Shown here one piece after another: positions 27,849-35,502 of a stretch of DNA of 37,387 nucleotides. The position numbers and the translations under genes were made by a program. This DNA is from an uncultured Desulfobacter sp. (GTDB taxonomy: Bacteria; Desulfobacterota; Desulfobacteria; Desulfobacterales; UBA2156), in assembly GCA_964608375.1 (NCBI GenBank), contig CAZSON010000002.1:1-37387 (forward strand). Direction: 5' to 3'. Position 1 is the first letter of the stretch; every line of letters starts with the position of its first letter. Under the pieces are notes generated by a model. It was given only the letters and a program-made list of their open reading frames with translations. It was not told where the DNA came from and ran no database searches.

Positions 27849-28656
27849 CTTCCTTCCTCATGCGACGGACAATATCCATAAAGGCTGTTACTCTGGATTG
27901 ATCTACTTCATTATTGAAGACGCCGTCCCGCTTGAAGGTAGTAGCGGTTACGGTTCCGTCAGCAATGAAAAGCTGTTCCTTTATGTTTAATAGACTTACG
28001 CCGGTATTAGCGAAAACTGGTGTATCAGGTACAGCATCCTTCACCTTTTTCAAAGTTGAGGAATCTGTCTCAGACCCCGCGGTAAGTCCGGAAACACAAA
28101 GTGCGTCCGGTTTGTTGTTGAATACTGTAGAACGGGCAATGTCAGCAACATCCCGCTGTCCCAGATAGGAAGCTGCTTCAGGAACAATATTAAACATGAG
28201 TTTTATATCTTCACCACCGATGCGATGCTGATGCCGGATAACTTCGCCGCAGTTGGTGTTCCAGAGACCAAAATCACTCGCATAAACACCGGTGAAAATC
28301 TCCCGGACAAAGAGAGCATCAGTTGCAACCGCCAGATCGATAGAGGCCTTTGGATCCCAGAGGACGTTTACTCCAAAGGGTATTCTTATATCATGTTTCA
28401 GTTCGCCGATTATCCTGGCCATCGTTGTACAGGTTACCGGTTCCACATCAGTCAGGTAAGGGAGACTGAACTCGTTTGAAAACATAACACCATCGATTCC
28501 CCCATTTTGAAGAGCAATCAGATCTTTTCTGGCCAGATCCAGCACCCATCCAATCCCCTTGTCTCTTTTATATCCTGGATCTCCCGGAAGGGCCTGAAGA
28601 TGGCACATGGCGATTATCGGTTTTTTTACTTGAAATACCTCTTTCAGCCAACTCAT
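27841..28656 (-). CDS. BtpA/SgcQ-family TIM-barrel protein
   Basis: KPIIAMCHLQALPGDPGY N-terminal motif, DGVMFSNEF, and 271 aa length. AGGAG SD lies 5 nt upstream of the ATG at 28656. Confidence 0.75.
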   Translation of the reverse strand: MSWLKEVFQVKKPIIAMCHLQALPGDPGYKRDKGIGWVLDLARKDLIALQNGGIDGVMFSNEFSLPYLTDVEPVTCTTMARIIGELKHDIRIPFGVNVLWDPKASIDLAVATDALFVREIFTGVYASDFGLWNTNCGEVIRHQHRIGGEDIKLMFNIVPEAASYLGQRDVADIARSTVFNNKPDALCVSGLTAGSETDSSTLKKVKDAVPDTPVFANTGVSLLNIKEQLFIADGTVTATTFKRDGVFNNEVDQSRVTAFMDIVRRMRKEDG

Positions 28657-29108
28657 TTTTTCTCCTTGGTTGTGAGATTACGTTCCTACCCCTGTTATCC
28701 AGTATGGTATATTTGGTGGATCCTGTCGAACCCCTAGACCGCCGGTAAGCATAATATACTTTTTGAAACGAAGATTGTCAAAAGTTATCCAAGTGATTTC
28801 TCGTACCAGAAACCCCTAGTGTTTGCGTATACGTCGATCAGAGGGGATGTATTCGGAAAAGAATAATAATCATATCTCATTTTTTGGTTGACAAACTTGT
28901 CTGGCTAAATTAATTCTTTTAAAAGAATCGATCTGTATTAACTGTAAAAACGAAGTGTTATTGCTTTAACAGTGAATCGATATTTGCAGACATTCTTAAG
29001 GCAATGGGGAGAGAAGAAGCGCGTTAAATCTTTTTTTTCACGAAAGGTACCAATCTGCGTAACATCTGTTGGACTGTTATGGAATGTAACAATTAAAAGG
29101 AGGATTTC

Positions 29109-30764
29109 ATGATGAATGAAAAAAAGATCACTCGGCGAAGATTTATTAAGGATTCAGCAATTGCCGCAGCAGGAGTAAGCGCTCTTGCCGTGGGAACAAC
29201 CAGTGGACTGAGCCTGCTCACTCGGGAAGCCCATGCTCAGAGCAACCTGAGGACTGAAATCCTGAAAATCCCCGGGGTCGGGAAGGGTTCCCCTACCGAC
29301 TCAGACTGGCAGAAAGTTGGTGCAATGTGCTTGGGGTCCACAAAGGACAGTGTGTCTAAAGGTGAATTCAAGGGCGTAAAACTTACCTTTATGGGGCTCA
29401 ATAATCAAAACCTGCATAATTTTTTGTTTCGCGGTTTCCTGAAGCCCTGGGAGGCTTACACAGGTGCTAAAATAGACTGGATCGATCTTGCTCAGGCCGA
29501 TTACAACGCACGACTACAACAAGCAATTGCTACAGAAACGGTTGACTTCGACATCATTGAAATGGGCGCCCCGTTTGAAGGCGATGTGTGTGGAAAGGGG
29601 CTAGCCTCTGAGATGCCGGGTTGGGTCAAGCAGCAGATCCAGATGGATGATTATGTCGCTTATTTGAAAGCCCCTGTCGGGACCTGGAACGGCAAGACTT
29701 ATCGTATCTCAATCGACGGTGATTGCCATAACTTTAACTATCGTACCGACTATTTTTCTGATACGGGTTTGGCCAAAGCCTGGAAAACCGAAGGCCACGA
29801 GGGCGAATGGGAGGTTCCCAAAACCTGGCAGAAGGTTCAGGAAGTGACCAAGTTTCTGCACGGGAAGAAATTTCAAGGCATGGATGCATATGGATATCTC
29901 GATCCTGCGAAGGGCTGGGGTGGGTTCGGTTTTTACTTTTTGGAAAGCCGTGCCACCGCTTACGCGAAACACCCCGATGACAAAGCATGGCTATTCGATG
30001 CGGATACGATGAAGCCCCGGGTCAATAATCCGGCCTGGGTTCGAGCGATTCAGGATGTGATCGACGCCCTGCCCTATGAACCCCCCAATCAACTGAATGC
30101 CGATCCGGGCACTACAGCCTTCCAGCAGTTTCTGGCAGGCACCGGTTCGATGGTATCCTGGTGGGGAGATGTCGGATCCATGTGCAAGACCAGTGATTCC
30201 TCTGTTGTCGGAGATGTAACCGGGTTCTCCATCTTGCCTGGTTCAGATGATGTTTACAATTCAAAGACCGGTAAATGGGAGAAGCTCCCAAGCGGTCCAA
30301 ACTTTGCACCGAACATGGCCTACATCGGTTGGGGTGTTTACGTAATGGCAAGGGTTGACGGCGATTCGAAAAAACGCAAGGCCGCCTGGAGTGCTGCAGC
30401 CCATATTGGTGGTAAAGACATATCTCTTTGGACTGCTGCATACCCATCCGGTTTCCAGCCCTACCGTCAGAGTCACTTCAATATATCCGAGTGGGTCGCG
30501 GCCGGTTACGATAAGCCATTTATCACCTCCTATCTGAAGTCTGAAGCTGACTCATACAACCATTCCAATGCGGCGATTGAACCTCGCATCCCGGGAATTT
30601 TCCAGTACTACAGTACGGCAGAGGATGAACTGGCCCAGATATTCGCCGGTAAATACTCGGCTCAGGAAGGCGCTGACAGGATTGCGGCGGCGTGGGAGAA
30701 GCTCACCGATCAAATCGGCAGGGAAAAACAGATCAAGCTGTATAAAGCTTCGCTTGGATTATAA
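29109..30764 (+). CDS. ABC transporter substrate-binding protein (family 1, CUT1-like), unusually long (551 aa), Tat signal
   Basis: Twin-arginine signal KKITRRRFIKDSAIAAAGVSALAVG…AHAQ and a solute-binding fold pattern. AAGGAGG SD is upstream, followed by two CUT1 permease genes. Confidence 0.8.
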   Translation: MMNEKKITRRRFIKDSAIAAAGVSALAVGTTSGLSLLTREAHAQSNLRTEILKIPGVGKGSPTDSDWQKVGAMCLGSTKDSVSKGEFKGVKLTFMGLNNQNLHNFLFRGFLKPWEAYTGAKIDWIDLAQADYNARLQQAIATETVDFDIIEMGAPFEGDVCGKGLASEMPGWVKQQIQMDDYVAYLKAPVGTWNGKTYRISIDGDCHNFNYRTDYFSDTGLAKAWKTEGHEGEWEVPKTWQKVQEVTKFLHGKKFQGMDAYGYLDPAKGWGGFGFYFLESRATAYAKHPDDKAWLFDADTMKPRVNNPAWVRAIQDVIDALPYEPPNQLNADPGTTAFQQFLAGTGSMVSWWGDVGSMCKTSDSSVVGDVTGFSILPGSDDVYNSKTGKWEKLPSGPNFAPNMAYIGWGVYVMARVDGDSKKRKAAWSAAAHIGGKDISLWTAAYPSGFQPYRQSHFNISEWVAAGYDKPFITSYLKSEADSYNHSNAAIEPRIPGIFQYYSTAEDELAQIFAGKYSAQEGADRIAAAWEKLTDQIGREKQIKLYKASLGL

Positions 30765-30774
30765 TAAAATTAAT

Positions 30775-30814
30775 AACAATCGGCTGACGGAAATTACACC
30801 GTCAGCTGATTGTT
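30775..30814 (+). terminator. Strong intercistronic stem-loop after the binding-protein gene (partial terminator or mRNA stabiliser)
   Basis: AACAATCGGCTGACGG (30775-30790), loop AAATTACA, then CCGTCAGCTGATTGTT (30799-30814). This gives a 16-bp stem with one G:U pair, followed by a weak U-run (ATCTTTG). Confidence 0.55.
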
Positions 30815-31012
30815 ATCTTTGATCATCTTCGATCGCTTTTAGTTTGTCACATTTCAGGGATGGGTTGTTGGAGTCAAAGCGCTCCAATCTCTTCAGCTTT
30901 TATTTCACTGTAGACATTCAGCGTATCGATTCAAAAAGATGGATCTTTTGCCCGATCACCGCCCGCCTAACGTACTTACAAGAAGTGATTTCAAATATAG
31001 GACCAGGTTTTA

Positions 31013-32137
31013 ATGGCTAGTTCGTCAGTGCTGGATGGTCAAAAGCATTACAAAGTTGGTATCGAGGATATTTCCGTAAGTCGGAAGAGACTCGGACGGG
31101 GAATGATTTTTCTTGCCTCTCTCATTCTGGCGGTGGTTATTTTTCTTCAAATCCTGTACAAAACTGAGGCCATCACAGTAGGTTTTGATACCTGGCGCGC
31201 AATTCTTTATGCATATCTTCTTTGGGCGGTTGCCCTGGTTATTGGACAGGTGCTTATCAGAGGAGAGCTTGGCAAACGAAGCCTGTTTTTGCTGCCCGCT
31301 CTTTTATTTACTATTTCGCTGGTGATCTTTCCAACTTTTTTCGGACTGTATATATCGTTTACAGACTGGAATCTTAGTTCTTTTGAAGGCCGCCATTTCA
31401 ACGGCTTAGACAATGTTCGGGAACTCATTCAGGATACCTACTACTGGAACGCGCTAAAGAATACAGTCTATTACATTGCAACGGTGGCAGTGGAATTTGT
31501 TATTGCCTTTTCTTTAGCGTTGTTAATAAATACCCGTATCCGTGCCCGCAAGTTTTTTCGCATTGCTTTTTTGATGCCTTTCATGTTAAGTCCTGTTGCT
31601 GTCAGCTGGATGATTGGCAAGTCACTAATGGAATATCGTTTTGGCCCGGCCGCTAGTTTCGCGCGTTTTCTTGGGTGGGACACACCGGCCTTCTTCTCTA
31701 CTCCATGGCTGGCTCGATTCAGTATCGAAGTGATGGATGGATGGATGTTTATCCCATTTATGATGATCCTCCTGCTGGCAGGTCTGCAAGCCATTCCAAA
31801 GGATATTCTGGAAGCCGCCAAAATGGATGGGGCCAATGCCAGGCAGTCATTTTTAAAGGTAGTATTTCCGTTAATGGTTCCTGTTAGCATTACGGTTATA
31901 ATTCTAAGGATCATTTTCAAGTTGAAACTCGCAGATATTGTGATCAACGTGACAGCAGGAGGGCCAGGAGGGGCGACTGACACCGTCACGAGTTACATCT
32001 ACCGCGTCTATCGGGAGCGATCCAATGTTGGGTATGGCACCATGCTCGCCGAAATTTATTTAATTCTTATTATCATTTTGATGTTGACCTTATTAAGCCT
32101 GATAAACCGCTGGAGAAAAAAACGCCAGCTAGCGTAA
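31013..32137 (+). CDS. ABC sugar transporter permease (MalF/UgpA-like, extended N-terminus)
   Basis: Multiple TM helices and an EAA-loop region EAAKMDGANARQSFLKVVFPLM. The true start may be the internal Met (MIFLASL…). Confidence 0.85.
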   Translation: MASSSVLDGQKHYKVGIEDISVSRKRLGRGMIFLASLILAVVIFLQILYKTEAITVGFDTWRAILYAYLLWAVALVIGQVLIRGELGKRSLFLLPALLFTISLVIFPTFFGLYISFTDWNLSSFEGRHFNGLDNVRELIQDTYYWNALKNTVYYIATVAVEFVIAFSLALLINTRIRARKFFRIAFLMPFMLSPVAVSWMIGKSLMEYRFGPAASFARFLGWDTPAFFSTPWLARFSIEVMDGWMFIPFMMILLLAGLQAIPKDILEAAKMDGANARQSFLKVVFPLMVPVSITVIILRIIFKLKLADIVINVTAGGPGGATDTVTSYIYRVYRERSNVGYGTMLAEIYLILIIILMLTLLSLINRWRKKRQLA

Positions 32138-32177
32138 CCGGTCATTTTGTCAATCAAATTATGAATGGAGCTCTTAA

Positions 32178-33101
32178 TTGGCCTCTTCTATTATCAGGAG
32201 TCATTTCTATGACCGTGAAATAAACCGGCGGTTCAACGTCCTTTTGATCCGTATTTTCATATATTTTGGATTGCTCTTCTGGGCATTCATCTGTCTCTTT
32301 CCCGTTTACTGGACAATAACGACGACCTTTAAGGCAGCAGTCAACGTTACACAGGGCCATTTGATCCCCTGGGTTGACTTCGAACCAAAATGGATTGGAT
32401 TGCGTTCACTTGGCCTTTCGCCGGATACGATTTTTGAAATCTCAACCGTCCGGAATGAGTTCCTCAAGCGGCTTTCAAACAGCGTCATTGCTTCAATTGG
32501 CGCTTCTACCCTGGCCGTTTTGATCGGATCCCTGGCCGCATATGGCCTCACGCGTTTCCAATACAAGTTCGGCTTCTTTAAAAACAAGGATATTTCATTT
32601 TTCTTCCTGTCTCAATTGATCTTACCACCTGTTGTTTTGGCACTGCCATTTCTGGTTCTTTACAAGGAATTAGCCTTGCTTGACACCAAGGTGGGGCTCA
32701 TCCTGTTATACACACTCATGGTGTTGCCTATTGTTATCTGGATCATGCAAGATCAATTCAGCACCATCCCGATCGAGCTGGAAGAGGCGGCATTTATAGA
32801 TGGTTTATCGGTTTGGGGTGTTTTCCTGCGAATTGTAACGCCGCTCTCATTTCCCGGAATGGTAGCCTCCTTCATCCTTTGCTTCGTGCTCAGCTGGAAC
32901 GAATACTTTTTTGCCGCTTTATTGACCAGCACCAGCGCGAAAACCTTACCGGTTATGGTCGCCAGCCAAACAGGATCCCAGGGAATCAGTTGGTGGTCCA
33001 TGGCGGCGCTTTCCGGTATGGCCATTCTCCCCCTGGCGCTGATCGGACTCTTTCTTGAAAGCTACATCGTCAAAGGGCTGACCGCAGGGTCGGGGAAATA
33101 A
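32178..33101 (+). CDS. ABC sugar transporter permease (MalG/UgpE-like)
   Basis: EAA loop EEAAFIDGLSVWGVFLRIVTPL and 6 predicted TM segments. TTG start has a GGAG SD 7 nt upstream. Confidence 0.85.
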   Translation: MASSIIRSHFYDREINRRFNVLLIRIFIYFGLLFWAFICLFPVYWTITTTFKAAVNVTQGHLIPWVDFEPKWIGLRSLGLSPDTIFEISTVRNEFLKRLSNSVIASIGASTLAVLIGSLAAYGLTRFQYKFGFFKNKDISFFFLSQLILPPVVLALPFLVLYKELALLDTKVGLILLYTLMVLPIVIWIMQDQFSTIPIELEEAAFIDGLSVWGVFLRIVTPLSFPGMVASFILCFVLSWNEYFFAALLTSTSAKTLPVMVASQTGSQGISWWSMAALSGMAILPLALIGLFLESYIVKGLTAGSGK

Positions 33102-33120
33102 ACCCAAAAAAGGAGTTCCC

Positions 33121-33213
33121 ATGGGCCAATTACCGTACTGGATAGGCAATTTCCCTTTTCCGCCTGATAAAAAGAAGCCAATTGTTATCAGCCGATCTCA
33201 AACGTGGACTTGA
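33121..33213 (+). CDS. Possible 30-aa small ORF or decayed gene start
   Basis: ATG at 33121 is preceded by AAAGGAG (AGGAG at 33111-33115, 5-nt spacer). It translates to MGQLPYWIGNFPFPPDKKKPIVISRSQTWT, with no recognisable family. Confidence 0.2.
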   Translation: MGQLPYWIGNFPFPPDKKKPIVISRSQTWT

Positions 33214-33380
33214 CAAAGTTCCGGAAAACTGGTTGCACCAGATTCAAAAGATCTGTTAGGTTGATTCGATGGTCTGCTACAAATGCTGGGGAAAAATGAG
33301 ATCGGTACCTGCATTTTTAAAACAATGATCTGATCCGGATTGAGACCGGCGAAAAGGGGAGCGAATAGAAGAGGTTGGGT

Positions 33381-34421
33381 ATGAAAAAAATTGACGAAAA
33401 GATTGATGCAGCCCAGCTCAAGCCGGCACCGAAGATCAGTCGCAGGGAATTCATTAAGTGCACCGGTGTGGCGGCCGGCGCCTTGTTGCTGGGATTAAAG
33501 GGAGGGCCAAGTATGGGGACCGTGAAAAAAAGCCGCGTTTCTTTCGTTCATACCCGGGACCGTGAAGCGGGGGTGGCACAATCCATCGACGCGCTGGGGA
33601 ACAACCCTGTCAAAAACAAAGATGTCTTAATCAAGCCCAACTTCAACACGTCTGACGAGGTTCCGGGCTCGACCCATAACGACACACTGACGGCCCTCGT
33701 CAAAAAACTCTGGGACATGGGAGCCAAATCCATCAGCCTCGGTGAGCGCAGCTATCCGCCGACCCGGGCGGTCATGGCGGCGAAGGGCATCGTGCCCCTG
33801 ATGGACGAACTCAATGTCAAGATCATCGATTTCGATGAGCTGGAGGAAAAAGACTGGGTCAGGGTCGATGCCCCCGAATCTCACTGGAAAAACGGCTTTC
33901 GTGTGGCACGCCCGATTCTGGATGCCGACTGCTTGGTTTCCACCTGCTGCCTGAAGACCCATCAATACGGCGGAGTGTTCACGATGTCGCTGAAGCTGCA
34001 CGTGGGTGTCGTACCCACCTCGCGCCACGGATATGACTACATGTCCGAGCTGCATGCTTCTCCGCATCAGCGCAGGATGATCGCCGAAATCAATGCCCCC
34101 TTCAAACCGGACCTTGTCGTCCTGGACGGCATCGACGCTTTTGTGGACGGCGGACCCATGACCGGTAAAAGAGCCGAAGGCAATCTTTTTCTGGCTTCAG
34201 CAGACCGGGTGGCGATCGATGCGGTCGGTCTGGCAGCTTTGAAGCACCTGGGCAGCAACGCACAGATTATGAACACCAAGATATTTGAACAGGAACAGAT
34301 TGCCAGAGCGGCAGCGCTGGGTTTGGGCGCCGCCTCCCCGTCTGAAATCGACCTGATCGCTGCCGATACGCCAAGCCGCAATTCTCGCAATGCTATCGAA
34401 CGCCTTCTCAATCAAGGATAG
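33381..34421 (+). CDS. DUF362 domain protein with Tat signal peptide
   Basis: SRREFIKCTGVAAGALLLG twin-arginine signal. DUF362 motifs VLIKPNFNT, CLKTHQYGG…SLKLHVG, VLDGIDAFVDGGPMTG and DRVAIDAVG. The ATG at 33381 is preferred to the TTG at 33375. Confidence 0.8.
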   Translation: MKKIDEKIDAAQLKPAPKISRREFIKCTGVAAGALLLGLKGGPSMGTVKKSRVSFVHTRDREAGVAQSIDALGNNPVKNKDVLIKPNFNTSDEVPGSTHNDTLTALVKKLWDMGAKSISLGERSYPPTRAVMAAKGIVPLMDELNVKIIDFDELEEKDWVRVDAPESHWKNGFRVARPILDADCLVSTCCLKTHQYGGVFTMSLKLHVGVVPTSRHGYDYMSELHASPHQRRMIAEINAPFKPDLVVLDGIDAFVDGGPMTGKRAEGNLFLASADRVAIDAVGLAALKHLGSNAQIMNTKIFEQEQIARAAALGLGAASPSEIDLIAADTPSRNSRNAIERLLNQG

Positions 34422-34502
34422 GGTTTTTTCGCAGCGTGCATTCTCCCGTGCCCTGAATATGGTGGCTGTTGCGTATTAGCATTGACACCTAAGATCCGAA
34501 TC

Positions 34503-34934
34503 TCATCCGTCCGAGAGCCTCGTCTTGCACCCTTTTACGATCTGATCTTCACGCAGGTCTATCCGGATTTGACGGTAAGAGAGGCCATGAAGATTGGTGG
34601 GGAAAACCGACCGTCCTGGATCCAGCGGAGGCACTGGGATCGGTTCGGCGAAGCCATCGCGATCTTCGGCTATACCGTAACTGGCCTGTTCTTCTTTGAC
34701 GAAATATTCGCTTTTTGGGTTCGAGCTCTCCTTTATCAGGCGATCATGTTTCTCAAGAAAAGCATCGGAAATGTACTTGAGGAAAATGAGGCCGAGGACG
34801 ACGTGTTTGTATTCAGCGGCATCCATATTGCCGCGCAGCTTGTCGGCAGCAGCCCACAGCTTGTCCTCGAATCCGAGGTTGCCTGCCTGCCGCGACGCTC
34901 GCGGCGCTGAGCATCTATTGGACGGCCCAAGCAT
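34503..34934 (-). pseudogene. hsdM: Truncated type I restriction-modification methyltransferase (HsdM) N-terminal fragment
   Basis: [41 protein letters not shown] (complement of 34758-34880) is the hallmark HsdM N-terminal domain. Similarity decays after about residue 95 and the frame stops at 143 aa, whereas intact HsdM proteins are several hundred aa. No methyltransferase core, hsdS or hsdR follows. Confidence 0.7.
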
Positions 34935-35028
34935 GGAAGGATAAAGAAATATGCCGAAGAGAAATTAAAAATTGTCAAGAATCTGATTGAATCATTGGCA
35001 TCTATGACTAAGAAAGCTTTCACACCGA

Positions 35029-35268
35029 TCAATTTTCATATATCCATCCAAAAACCGTGGTACGCCCACCTTCAAGGAGCAATGTAAGCACATCAGATGC
35101 ATTGCGCACTGTGGCCAGAGCCGCGCGAGCGTCCGTCGCGTTCTGTAGAAAGAATCCAGATCCGCAGTTCACCAGGCCCGCAGGTACAGAGAACAGACGT
35201 AGGCCGTCTTTCTCTGAAAATTGTCCAGCCTCGGGGAGGGTCGCACTTAGCTTATTTGGCTGTATCAT
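35029..35268 (-). CDS. Hypothetical 79-aa ORF, possibly a gene remnant
   Basis: An ORF only, in GC-rich gene-poor DNA upstream of the hsdM fragment. I could confirm no motif. Confidence 0.2.
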   Translation of the reverse strand: MIQPNKLSATLPEAGQFSEKDGLRLFSVPAGLVNCGSGFFLQNATDARAALATVRNASDVLTLLLEGGRTTVFGWIYEN

Positions 35269-35502
35269 GATTAGCCTTTTTTGTCATGCAATTATTTGCT
35301 TTTCCTCACAAGCGTTCAGGAAGCCACCCAATGATCCTAATATCCCCACCCTTGCTGATTCTGCCCCTCAATACTCTCCGATCGGGCTATTAGGCTTCGT
35401 CAGGCGTGCCTCCTCTTCATGGGAAACGTTGGTGCAGATCGAGTCAATTGAAGTTTTAGCTCACTTTCCAATTATGTCAATTCAAACATAGATCATGACA
35501 TC

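Noticed and set aside
28925-28981. Direct repeat of the 8-mer GAATCGAT (28925-28932 and 28974-28981), with flanking ACTGT/ACAGT, in the divergent control region. I considered it as an operator pair.
   Set aside because: In a ~450-bp AT-rich spacer, roughly one exact 8-mer repeat is expected by chance. ATCGAT is also self-complementary, which inflates the apparent symmetry. This cannot be supported without cross-genome conservation.
34482-34910. The 142-aa plus-strand ORF opposite the hsdM fragment.
   Set aside because: It is an antisense shadow of a GC-rich region whose opposite strand carries a clear HsdM motif. It has no motif and no SD.
35029-35268. Possible toxin-antitoxin (AbiEi-like) or other defence-gene identity for the 79-aa ORF upstream of the hsdM fragment.
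   Set aside because: I could not match it to any family motif from memory. It is kept only as a low-confidence hypothetical ORF.
35057-35491. The 144-aa plus-strand ORF (Arg/Ser/Pro-rich).
   Set aside because: Its composition is typical of spurious ORFs in GC-rich DNA. It has no start context and lies antisense to another weak ORF.
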